Positions 18,557 through 26,964 of a stretch of 64,000 bases of DNA are shown here, in pieces. The stretch comes from Salinivirgaceae bacterium (GTDB lineage: Bacteria > Bacteroidota > Bacteroidia > Bacteroidales > SZUA-534). Under the pieces are notes generated by a model that saw nothing but the letters and a program-made list of their open reading frames with translations, had not been told where the DNA came from and did not search any database. The stretch lies in the NCBI GenBank assembly GCA_016284875.1, contig JAEEPS010000006.1:5383-69382 (forward strand), read 5' to 3'. Every line of letters starts with the position of its first letter. The stretch's first letter is position 1. The position numbers and the translations under genes are program-made.

Positions 18557-19660
18557 TTATTTTAGATTAAGTTTTGTACCTAATTTCGAGAATAAATCCA
18601 TCATCTTTTGGGATGTTTCTACAAAAAACTCACAAATTTTAAGACAATCCTCATCGTTGAGATAACTTAAAGACGGTTTGTCTAATCTCACACGACAAGT
18701 CACTTTATCATCCATACGTTGCCACTCAATGCCATTGAATTGACTATCAATAGTTTCTCTATGCGCAATTAACGTGTCAAATATTTCTTTGTTTTTAATT
18801 TTTTCTCCAGTGTTTATATATAACTCAACTCGACAATTATCCTTATTGATAATCACATTGATATTTCCTCCTTTAATCGTAGGTACGGATTTCCCCAACC
18901 AATTATCTGTAACAACTGTAGAAGCATTAAACATTCCATTGTATTTCTTATTATACTCGATAAATTCTCCCCAGAATTTCTTTCGATTATTATAACGAAC
19001 TACAGTTGATTCCGAATCAACAGACTCTTCTTGTTCCTTATTGGCAATTTTGATTTGCAACTCCTCAGTATCTTCAATCGGTATTATTTGGTCGAACTCC
19101 ATCATAATTTGGTCTCCATACTTATAGGGTGTTACCTTAACACACTTGATAAGAAGTTTGAAGTTCTGTAACCAAAGAACAGATGAAGTGACTTCTTTGT
19201 GAAAATTGGCAGCCACTAGTATTATTCGTTGACTACTACCTTTATTTATTTCAATATCATCAATTTCTTTCCCATCATAAAAATCTGATATGACTTCTGT
19301 TGCCTGTGCTTGATTGCCTAAATATTTTTGAAAAATCTCTATGACCTGTTGTTTACTTAATGTGGAACAATAAGATGCATATTTGATGGCTTGCCAAGTA
19401 ACATCTTTTCCCGAATCATCCAGTTTATTTTCTATAATAACAAGGTTCCCTTTCTTATCAAGAGCAAGTAGGTCTAAACGTTCGCGAGTATCTGCAAAAC
19501 CATCAAATTCCTTTTGAATAATAAGTAACTCTTCGCCAAGAGAAGATGGTTCTTTTGCAATCCATTCTTGCAAATCTTGACGTTCTTTTAAATTCAATGA
19601 CTTGAATGTGCATTTTTCCGCTCTAATTAAACTTTTATTCTTATTATCAAGTATATACAT
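18557..19660 (-). CDS. PD-(D/E)XK (NucS-like) nuclease domain protein with DUF4268-like C-terminal domain
   Basis: 367 aa. The N-terminal block RLDLLALDKKGNLVIIENKLDD...QAIKYASY has a D...E-x-K nuclease-fold pattern. The C-terminal 150 aa resemble DUF4268 from memory. G+C is markedly low. Confidence 0.6.
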   Translation of the reverse strand: MYILDNKNKSLIRAEKCTFKSLNLKERQDLQEWIAKEPSSLGEELLIIQKEFDGFADTRERLDLLALDKKGNLVIIENKLDDSGKDVTWQAIKYASYCSTLSKQQVIEIFQKYLGNQAQATEVISDFYDGKEIDDIEINKGSSQRIILVAANFHKEVTSSVLWLQNFKLLIKCVKVTPYKYGDQIMMEFDQIIPIEDTEELQIKIANKEQEESVDSESTVVRYNNRKKFWGEFIEYNKKYNGMFNASTVVTDNWLGKSVPTIKGGNINVIINKDNCRVELYINTGEKIKNKEIFDTLIAHRETIDSQFNGIEWQRMDDKVTCRVRLDKPSLSYLNDEDCLKICEFFVETSQKMMDLFSKLGTKLNLK

Positions 19661-19691
19661 AATAATGTGGTTTGTTAAAAATCAAGCGGTT

Positions 19692-19699
19692 CAAATTTA
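19692..19699 (-). promoter_or_regulatory. Candidate -7 box (TAaaTTTG on minus strand)
   Basis: Plus-strand CAAATTTA, 32 nt upstream of the start at 19660. Confidence 0.4.
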
Positions 19700-19791
19700 T
19701 ATATTTTAGTTCATTTCATTTCATACATATCAAAAAATGCTTTAATCGGTAACATTTAATTCGCCAAATTACATCTACATTAGCGGCCTGA

Positions 19792-20571
19792 ATGGCACAG
19801 AAGATGAAAGTTACATTTTTAGGCACGGGGGCGTCACACGGCATACCAATTGTTGGCTGCAAATGCGCAGTATGTCAGTCGGTTAACCCGAAGGACAAGC
19901 GGCTGCGCAGTTCGGTTTACATCGAAGTCGAAGGACGGCACCTGCTCATCGACCCGGGACCTGACTTGCGGCAAGCGGCTCTGCGCGAAGGCTTTACGCA
20001 GATTGACGCCGTGCTGATAACTCACGAGCACAAGGACCATACGGCTGGCATCGACGACATCCGCACCTTTAATTACATAATGCGCCGCGCCATTCCGTTC
20101 TATGCCCAACAGCGCGTCACCGACACCATCCGCCGCGAGTACGCCTACGCCTTCAGCGAGCCGCACTACCCTGGCGCACCGCAGATTGAACTTCACCCGA
20201 TTGGCAACGAACCGTTTGATGTTCAGGGTATTACGGTCACGCCGATAAACGTTCTGCACGGCACGCTTCCCACCACGGGCTTCCGAATCGGGCAGTTCGC
20301 CTACATCACCGACGCCAAAAACATCCCCGACAGCGAGATGGCCAAACTGCAAGGTCTTGACACCTTGGTTATCAACGCTTTGCGCATTGAGCAGCACCCC
20401 GCACACTTGAGTCTTGGTGAAGCGCTCGACATCATCGGCCAACTCAAGCCGCGCCGCGCCTATCTGACGCACATCAGCCACAAAATCCCTGTGTATGACG
20501 AACTTATAAAGATTCTGCCCGACAATGTTCTGCCTGCTTACGATGGATTGAAGATAAAGATTGAAGGATAG
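19792..20571 (+). CDS. MBL-fold metallo-hydrolase (PhnP/GPMB-like)
   Basis: 259 aa with the HEHKDH metal motif and an N-terminal CxxC (CKCAVC). Confidence 0.8.
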   Translation: MAQKMKVTFLGTGASHGIPIVGCKCAVCQSVNPKDKRLRSSVYIEVEGRHLLIDPGPDLRQAALREGFTQIDAVLITHEHKDHTAGIDDIRTFNYIMRRAIPFYAQQRVTDTIRREYAYAFSEPHYPGAPQIELHPIGNEPFDVQGITVTPINVLHGTLPTTGFRIGQFAYITDAKNIPDSEMAKLQGLDTLVINALRIEQHPAHLSLGEALDIIGQLKPRRAYLTHISHKIPVYDELIKILPDNVLPAYDGLKIKIEG

Positions 20572-20595
20572 ATTGATTGAAAATACGTAATTGTA

Positions 20596-21972
20596 ATGGA
20601 TAAAACTAATAATTTGAAGCACCTGCTACTGTTGGTAGTGCTGGCTTGGGCGGGATTTTTCACGGCTTCGTGCTCGAAAGACGATGAGACGAATGATTCG
20701 CCGAAGGGCAGCGAGGCCATTGATGAACTGGTTGAAAATGTTCAGTTTGAAATTATCTCAGATACGATTATCACTGCCACTCAGATGGTTGGAGCCGTGC
20801 TTGATGCTGTCGGGGCCAACGGCGATGAGCGGCTGGAGTTGGCGCGCATGATTTTCCTGAAAAAGCATCAAGACATTGCCGAACGGAATGGTGCCAAAGG
20901 CGCTGAAATGGGTTGGCGCAGTGTTTGTTACAACTATACGAGTATCGATGAGCAGGGAAAGGAAATCAAACTGTCAGCCCGCGTCTATTGGGGCAACATC
21001 AGCGGTGTTGACATTTCTCCTGACTATGTCATGCTATGCCCGCACCACACGCTGATGGCTGACGCCGAATGTCCAACCAATGCAGAGACATACGAGGCGG
21101 CGGTTCTTTGCGGCGACAATCTGCTTGTTTTACCCGACTACATCGGCTTTGGAGCAACTAAAGACCGCGTGCAGTCATACGTCAACCATAACCTGTGCGC
21201 CCAAAACTGCATCGACGCTCTGGCCGCTGGCTATAAGGTTTTCCGCAAGAACAGCATTGCACAACTCGACGACAATTACAAACTCTACGTTGTTGGCGCG
21301 TCGCAGGGTGGGGGCAACTCGCTGGCCATCCATAAGTGGCTCGACACTCATCCCGACATTGCTGACGCGTGGCGGTTTGCCTATTCCTATAACTGCGCTG
21401 GTCCGTACAGCCCAGCCATCACCTTCCGTGAATATTTCAGGCAGGATATACTCACCGCTCCATGCATGATTCCAATCGCGCTCAAGGCGATGATTGCCGC
21501 CTATCCCGACATCCTGGGCAGGTGGACTGAGGCCGATTTCTACAGCAACGACTATGTGGAGAACCTCAAAGACAAACTTGACGCAATGATTGAAAGCAAG
21601 CAGTACACCACCAACGATGTGAACGCCGTGTTCATTGAAAGGTATCAGCAGTCTGGTGAAACTGACGGCATCGGCAGCCCCGTGATTCATATTGCCGACA
21701 TATTGAGTGCGGATGCTCTCAATCCTGAAAGCGAGATGTGTAAGGCACTATTCAAGTGCTTGGATGATAATGATTTGACTAAGAATTGGACTCCGATACG
21801 CCCCATTTATCTTGTTCATGGCACCGACGATACCATTGTACCATACGCCAATGCCGAGGCCGTTAAAGAAGCCTTTCCCGACAAAACAACGCTGACAAAC
21901 AGCACCTTAGGAGGAGGCCATCTGTTAACATGCCAGATGTGGATGGTCCATGTTATGTCGAGAACCTGGTAG
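20596..21972 (+). CDS. Alpha/beta-hydrolase (lipase-like) lipoprotein
   Basis: 458 aa. Lipoprotein signal FFTASC, nucleophile elbow GASQGG, and later HGTDDTIVP and GGGH consistent with a Ser-Asp-His triad. Confidence 0.65.
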   Translation: MDKTNNLKHLLLLVVLAWAGFFTASCSKDDETNDSPKGSEAIDELVENVQFEIISDTIITATQMVGAVLDAVGANGDERLELARMIFLKKHQDIAERNGAKGAEMGWRSVCYNYTSIDEQGKEIKLSARVYWGNISGVDISPDYVMLCPHHTLMADAECPTNAETYEAAVLCGDNLLVLPDYIGFGATKDRVQSYVNHNLCAQNCIDALAAGYKVFRKNSIAQLDDNYKLYVVGASQGGGNSLAIHKWLDTHPDIADAWRFAYSYNCAGPYSPAITFREYFRQDILTAPCMIPIALKAMIAAYPDILGRWTEADFYSNDYVENLKDKLDAMIESKQYTTNDVNAVFIERYQQSGETDGIGSPVIHIADILSADALNPESEMCKALFKCLDDNDLTKNWTPIRPIYLVHGTDDTIVPYANAEAVKEAFPDKTTLTNSTLGGGHLLTCQMWMVHVMSRTW

Positions 21973-22064
21973 GTTTCGTGTTAGGGTTTGGATGTTGGAA
22001 TTCTGATGTTTTGTATTGGGTAATGTACTGTTATTCAGTCTGATAGTTATTCTGATACCCGCAT

Positions 22065-22475
22065 TCAATCATTCGGAATCTCCTGTTTTGTTCTGAACAG
22101 TCCAACCTTAACATTGGCAAGTTTCTCGCCGTTGCACCAGACATTTACATCGCAAGAGCAGAGATTGTAGGTCTGCGAAATAACTTCGGCTTCAGCAGTC
22201 AGAGTGCCGCTGTTGCAATTCCTGAAAAACGATATGTCGGCGTTGATTGAAACGGCCACGCGCCCGAGCGTGAATGCCGCCACTGCAGCCGAAAAATCGG
22301 CAATGGTGAACAGCACGCCACCCTGAATGGCGTTGATTCCGTTCAGATGATGGTCGGCAATCGTAACCTCGCATTTGGCATAGCCTTCGCGGCACTCAAC
22401 AATCTGAATGCCACACATTTCCACAAAACGGTCAGTGCCGAAGAATTTTCGGCACACATCAAGAAGAGAACTCAT
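22065..22475 (-). CDS. PaaI-family hotdog-fold thioesterase
   Basis: 136 aa with a NGINAIQGGVLFTIADFSAAVA block typical of PaaI/YigI thioesterases. Confidence 0.7.
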   Translation of the reverse strand: MSSLLDVCRKFFGTDRFVEMCGIQIVECREGYAKCEVTIADHHLNGINAIQGGVLFTIADFSAAVAAFTLGRVAVSINADISFFRNCNSGTLTAEAEVISQTYNLCSCDVNVWCNGEKLANVKVGLFRTKQEIPND

Positions 22476-22484
22476 ACCGCGCTG

Positions 22485-22913
22485 TCAGTCAACGTTATAA
22501 ACCTGACTCGATGCCACAAGTTCCATTTTGTTGGCTTGAAGAATGTCGATGAGACGCTCGTTCGAGTCGCTGCGAATCACCACTTTGGCCGTTCCGCCAT
22601 CGGCGAAGGCATACATATAATCAATGTTGATGCCGTTGCCCGAGATAATCTTCAGCGCCTTGTGCAGACCGCCCGACTCATGAGGCACAACCATACAGAC
22701 AACATCGGTCAGCGTAACTGTGTACTTATTCTCTTTCAATATGTTATAAGCCAGTTCGGGGCGGCCCACAATGAAGCGGACAATGCCGTAGTCCGATGCG
22801 TCGGCAACGCAGAAAGCCGACATGTTGATGCCATGCGCCGTCAGCACCTCAAGCATAGATGAAAGGCTGTTGGCCTTGTTCTCCAGAAAAACCGAAAGTT
22901 GTTTTACTATCAT
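22485..22913 (-). CDS. ACT-domain (amino-acid-binding) protein
   Basis: 142 aa with a tandem ACT-like beta-alpha-beta-beta-alpha-beta pattern, similar to small Bacteroidales ACT proteins. Confidence 0.65.
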   Translation of the reverse strand: MIVKQLSVFLENKANSLSSMLEVLTAHGINMSAFCVADASDYGIVRFIVGRPELAYNILKENKYTVTLTDVVCMVVPHESGGLHKALKIISGNGINIDYMYAFADGGTAKVVIRSDSNERLIDILQANKMELVASSQVYNVD

Positions 22914-23147
22914 AATCTAATACTTTTATTGTTCAATAATAATTGATTAGCAACAACTTGCGATGGGCGATAGGCCTGATGTCGCTTGTTGTGTGTTTTG
23001 TGTAAATGTAGTTTTTTTTGTGAAAAAAGATGATTGTGGAATTGCTTATTTTTTTGAAATCTCTCTTTTAATCACAAATAATTTGTACATTGTTGCAACG
23101 ATTCTGCTTTGTGAAGAATCTTGTAAAACACTTATTTAGTATCAATT

Positions 23148-23612
23148 ATGGAGTTATTAAGTTCATTTGGGCTTTCAAGTTTTATGAATTTGACAACCCT
23201 TCTTTTCATCATTGGCGTGCTGATGTTCATCATCGAGATTTTCACGCCGTCGTTTGTGGCTGGCTCGGTCGGCATAGGATTCTTCTGTGCTGGTCTGGCT
23301 TCAATTTTCACTGATTCTTACAGTTGGATGCTGTTCTTCGGCATTTGCGGCACGTCAGTCACAATGTTCGCCATCAGGCCAGTGGTTTTGCGATGGCTCG
23401 ACAAAACGGGTGCGCCAACCAATTCTGATGCAATGATTGGCCGCGTGACCAAGGCAAAAGAGCAGATTGACTGCGATTCAGGCTCAATCGGTCTCGATGG
23501 CGTTGTGTGGCAGGCCCGTACGCTCGACGGTTCCGAAATTGCAGCGGGAACGCCAGTCGTAGTGGTCAAAATCGATAGTATTATATTGTATGTTAAACCA
23601 AAAAACAGTTAA
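23148..23612 (+). CDS. NfeD-family membrane protein
   Basis: 154 aa with N-terminal TM helices and a C-terminal OB-like GLDGVVWQARTLDGSEIAAGTPVVVVKIDSIILYVKP. It lies immediately upstream of an SPFH gene. Confidence 0.8.
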   Translation: MELLSSFGLSSFMNLTTLLFIIGVLMFIIEIFTPSFVAGSVGIGFFCAGLASIFTDSYSWMLFFGICGTSVTMFAIRPVVLRWLDKTGAPTNSDAMIGRVTKAKEQIDCDSGSIGLDGVVWQARTLDGSEIAAGTPVVVVKIDSIILYVKPKNS

Positions 23613-23615
23613 AAA

Positions 23616-24617
23616 ATGGAACCAACATTAATTCTGCTATTTGTAATAGCATTGTTCGTCCTGATTTTCGCCATTGCGGGATTCAAGGTCGTGAAACAGT
23701 CGGAGACGATGGTCGTTGAGCGTTTGGGAAAATTCAATCGGCAGTTGTCGTCGGGTATCAACATTATTTGGCCGATTATCGACAAGCCGCGCCCTGTGAA
23801 ATGGCGCTATGTGACTGAATATAACGGTACTAAGTACGTGCGTTTTGTTGACAGACCGCGTATCGACATTCGCGAGACGGTTTACGATTTCCCGCGTCAG
23901 AATGTGATTACCAAAGACAATGTGAATCTGGAAATCAACGCATTGCTCTATTTTCAGATTATGGACCCTGTGAAGGCAGTCTATGAGATTGAGAATCTGC
24001 CCGATGCAATTGAGAAATTGACTCAGACCACGTTGCGTAACGTCATCGGCGAACTTGAACTCGACGAGACGCTCACATCGCGCGACACCATCAACACCAA
24101 ACTTCGCCTTATCCTCGACGAAGCCACAAATAAGTGGGGTGTGAAGGTAAATCGTGTTGAACTTCAGGATATTAACCCGCCTGTCGAAATCCGCCAGACG
24201 ATGGAAAAACAGATGCGTGCTGAGCGTGAGCGCCGTGCCACCATCCTCGAAGCCGAAGGTCACAAAAAGGCCACTATTTTGGAAGCCGAAGGTATGCGCG
24301 ATGCCGAAATCAATCAGGCTCAAGGCCGCAAGCAGGCTCAGATTCTGCGTGCCGAAGCCGAAGCTGAAGCAAAAATCAAGGTTGCCGAAGCCGAAGCCAA
24401 GAGTATCCGCCTGATAAGCGAAGCCATTGACCAGAGCGCCCATTTCGACCCCGCGCAGTATCTCATTGCAATGAAGTACATCTCAACCTTCGAGCAACTG
24501 GCTGGCAGCAAAGATTCCAAGACCGTCTTTATGCCGTACGAAGCCACTGGCGTGCTGAGTTCGCTTGGCTCGCTGAAGGAACTTTTTGCAGGAGCAGAAA
24601 CTAAGGCTAAGAAATAA
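23616..24617 (+). CDS. SPFH/band-7 (stomatin/paraslipin-like) protein
   Basis: 333 aa with an N-terminal TM, an SPFH core (TKDNVNLEINALLYFQI) and a coiled-coil ILEAEG/AEAEA repeat tail. Confidence 0.9.
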   Translation: MEPTLILLFVIALFVLIFAIAGFKVVKQSETMVVERLGKFNRQLSSGINIIWPIIDKPRPVKWRYVTEYNGTKYVRFVDRPRIDIRETVYDFPRQNVITKDNVNLEINALLYFQIMDPVKAVYEIENLPDAIEKLTQTTLRNVIGELELDETLTSRDTINTKLRLILDEATNKWGVKVNRVELQDINPPVEIRQTMEKQMRAERERRATILEAEGHKKATILEAEGMRDAEINQAQGRKQAQILRAEAEAEAKIKVAEAEAKSIRLISEAIDQSAHFDPAQYLIAMKYISTFEQLAGSKDSKTVFMPYEATGVLSSLGSLKELFAGAETKAKK

Positions 24618-24717
24618 TGGCTGGCGCAATAACTAATTGTAATTAAATTGATTATCGAGGCGATTCAGATTTATTTTAAAAAAAACTGAAAAAAAGCGGA
24701 CTAATTAAATTTTATGC

Positions 24718-24725
24718 TACTTTTG
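24718..24725 (+). promoter_or_regulatory. Candidate -7 box (TActTTTG) for tRNA-His
   Basis: Exact TAnnTTTG match ending 12 nt before the tRNA 5' end. tRNA-Gly shows the same spacing. Confidence 0.55.
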
Positions 24726-24736
24726 CGGCACAAAAT

Positions 24737-24811
24737 GGTGCCCGTAGTTCAGTTGGTTAGAGCGTCAGATTGTGGTTCTGAATGTCGTGGGTTCGAGTCC
24801 CACCGGGCACC
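24737..24811 (+). tRNA. tRNA-His (anticodon GTG)
   Basis: The cloverleaf was folded by hand. The acceptor stem is GTGCCCG/CGGGCAC, with an encoded G-1 (24737) opposite C73. The anticodon loop is TTGTGGT, with GTG at 24772-24774, and the T-loop is TTCGAGT. No CCA is encoded. Confidence 0.92.
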
Positions 24812-24818
24812 CTAAAAG

Positions 24819-24849
24819 AAACCGGTTCGTGAATGAATCGGTTTTTTTT
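24819..24849 (+). terminator. Intrinsic terminator after tRNA-His
   Basis: Stem AAACCGG/TCGGTTT followed by a T8 run. Confidence 0.75.
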
Positions 24850-24984
24850 ATTGCTATATAAGTGTCTGTCGTACTTTTAACTTTAAATGAAATTAATGGA
24901 GTGATTTATAGGAATCTCCATAATATAATTCGCTATATTCGCACGCTTTTTTAAAAACAACAACAATTTTTAAAACATAAAACT

Positions 24985-25971
24985 ATGAAATTCAAAAACA
25001 TCCTTTTGGCGAGTGCCTTTGCAGTTACATTGGTATCTTGCGGCTCGTCATTCAAATCGCAAACAAAAATCGTAACAACAGCCGACTCTGTGGCATATCT
25101 TATGGGTGTAATCGATGGAACCAGACAAGAAACCAACCACAGTTATTTTGGTTTGGACACTCTGTTAGATTCCGACCTCTATTTTGAGGCTCTTTACAAT
25201 GCAAGCACCAAGAAAAAACTGAAATACGAGTTGGACTCATCTAATCATCAGTTATTGAATAATTTCTTGATGCTCGTACAACTTTATACTCAAAAAGTTA
25301 TTAAAGATACAACTGGTACTGTTCCTGGTTTGTCGTTTACAGAATCTTATCTCGATTCGATAAGTTATTTGCTTGGTGTTTCTGATGGCCAGACATTTGG
25401 TGAGGCTTATGGTAATTCCGGATTAGATTCGATAGGTATCAAGTATTGTTTCTATTACGAAGGCTTCCGCGAGGTTTTCCAGGAGACTTCAACTCGTATC
25501 GACGCTGAAAAACACAGCGATATGGTGGACAAATTCTTTTATGAAATTCGCAAGAAAGAACTGATGGCACGCTTTGGCGACAATAAGCGTGAGGGCGAAG
25601 AATTCTTGGCAAAAAACAAAGCCAATAGCGATGTCATTACCACGGCTTCGGGTTTGCAATACACTATTATTAAAGAAGGAAAAGGGCCCAAACCAGTTGC
25701 CGGAAACAACATTAAAGTTCATTACACAGGAACATTGATTGATGGCACAGTATTCGATAGCAGTGTGGAATCAGGTGAACCGGCAATTTTCCCTATAGGA
25801 ATGGGATATGTAATTCCAGGTTGGGATGAGGCTTTGCTTATGATGCCTGTCGGTTCGAAATGGAAACTGTTTATTCCACAAGAACTTGCCTATGGCGAAA
25901 CTGGAAAAAGAACTATCAAACCTTATAGCGCTCTCATTTTCGAAGTTGAGTTGCTTGGAATCGAGAAATAA
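24985..25971 (+). CDS. FKBP-type peptidyl-prolyl cis-trans isomerase lipoprotein
   Basis: 328 aa. Signal peptide plus Cys (LVSCG) and a C-terminal FKBP domain (VHYTGTLIDGTVFDSS...FPIGMGYVIPGWDEAL). Confidence 0.9.
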   Translation: MKFKNILLASAFAVTLVSCGSSFKSQTKIVTTADSVAYLMGVIDGTRQETNHSYFGLDTLLDSDLYFEALYNASTKKKLKYELDSSNHQLLNNFLMLVQLYTQKVIKDTTGTVPGLSFTESYLDSISYLLGVSDGQTFGEAYGNSGLDSIGIKYCFYYEGFREVFQETSTRIDAEKHSDMVDKFFYEIRKKELMARFGDNKREGEEFLAKNKANSDVITTASGLQYTIIKEGKGPKPVAGNNIKVHYTGTLIDGTVFDSSVESGEPAIFPIGMGYVIPGWDEALLMMPVGSKWKLFIPQELAYGETGKRTIKPYSALIFEVELLGIEK

Positions 25972-25998
25972 ATCACTCATTTGCACCGCTTTGCAAAG

Positions 25999-26796
25999 AT
26001 GAATTTCGACGGGAAGACATACTGGATAACAGGCGCGTCGTCAGGGATTGGCGAAGGTGTGGCCTACGAGTTGGCCAAGCACCGCACCCGGTTGATTCTG
26101 TCGGGGCGGAACGAGGAGGCGCTTGCCCGCGTTGCCGACCGCTGCCAGACACTTGGCGCCGCCACTCGCATCGAAGCCTTCGATCTGACCGATTACGACC
26201 GTATGCAGGCGGCTGTTGACAGCGTTCTTGCCGATGGTGTTAAAATCGATGGTCTGATGAACTTTGGTGGCATCAGCCAACGCTCGCTTGCAGTCGAGAC
26301 ACCTGTCGAAATTGACCGCAAGGTGATGGAAATTAACTTTTTCGGCACCATTGCTATAACAAAGGCACTTTTGCCGCATTTGATTGCTAACGGTGGCGGA
26401 TTGATTGTGGTAACATCAAGTGTTGTAGGCAAATACGGTATTACTATCCGGTCGGCCTACTCTGCTTCGAAACACGCGCTTCATGGCTTTTTCGAGAGTC
26501 TGCGTGCCGAAACGGCAGATAAGAACATCCAAATCACCATTCTTGAACCGGGCCGTATCGCTACCAACGTGTCGCTCAATGCCATCACCAAAACTGGTGA
26601 GAAATACGGCATTATGGACAAAGGCCAGGCATCAGGAATGTCGGCAGAAGAGTCTGCTCGTATTATTTTGAGGGCTGTCCGTCGAGGCAAGAAGGAAGTG
26701 CTCTACGGCGGTAAGGCCACACTGCTGGTTCACATCCGCAAATGGCTGCCGGGACTGTTCTATTTCTTGGCATCGAGAGTTGATTCAACGAAGTAA
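25999..26796 (+). CDS. Short-chain dehydrogenase/reductase (classical SDR)
   Basis: TGASSGIG cofactor motif and YSASKHAL catalytic motif. The ATG at 25999 is preferred over the TTG at 25981. Confidence 0.85.
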   Translation: MNFDGKTYWITGASSGIGEGVAYELAKHRTRLILSGRNEEALARVADRCQTLGAATRIEAFDLTDYDRMQAAVDSVLADGVKIDGLMNFGGISQRSLAVETPVEIDRKVMEINFFGTIAITKALLPHLIANGGGLIVVTSSVVGKYGITIRSAYSASKHALHGFFESLRAETADKNIQITILEPGRIATNVSLNAITKTGEKYGIMDKGQASGMSAEESARIILRAVRRGKKEVLYGGKATLLVHIRKWLPGLFYFLASRVDSTK

Positions 26797-26846
26797 GGTA
26801 CAAGGGGAAAGGTGCAAGGTACAAGGGGAAAGGTGCAAGGTACAAG
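26797..26846. repeat. 21-nt tandem repeat GGTACAAGGGGAAAGGTGCAA, 2.4 copies, starting immediately after a stop codon
   Basis: Perfect copies at 26797-26817 and 26818-26838, and a partial copy at 26839-26846. Confidence 0.95.
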
Positions 26847-26964
26847 TAAAGGAGAGTAATGCGTAAAGAGAAGTATCAATTTGTTAATCATAAAAACGAT
26901 TATAACTTATACCTTGTAACTAATAACTTAAAACTAAACAACTTAGAACTTAAAACTAAAAGAT

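Noticed and set aside
19834-20622. 262-aa ORF antisense to the MBL hydrolase gene
   Set aside because: It is a shadow ORF in a G+C-rich coding region. It has low-complexity Arg/Val/Gly-rich content, no recognisable motif and no promoter box, and the sense-strand gene has clear family motifs. The same reasoning applies to 21175-21690, 22347-22862, 27406-27960, 27437-28024, 29219-29776, 30092-30655, 38380-38883, 39626-40114, 45360-45899, 48777-49229, 49422-49862, 50799-51188, 52122-52595 and 59713-60141.
23637-24443. 268-aa ORF antisense to the SPFH gene
   Set aside because: It mirrors the repetitive GAAGCC/GCCGAA codons of the SPFH coiled-coil tail. It has no start context and no family resemblance.
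26797-26846. Possible CRISPR array
   Set aside because: The 21-nt units are directly adjacent with no spacers, there are only 2.4 copies, no cas genes lie nearby and the repeat is not palindromic. It is a simple tandem repeat.
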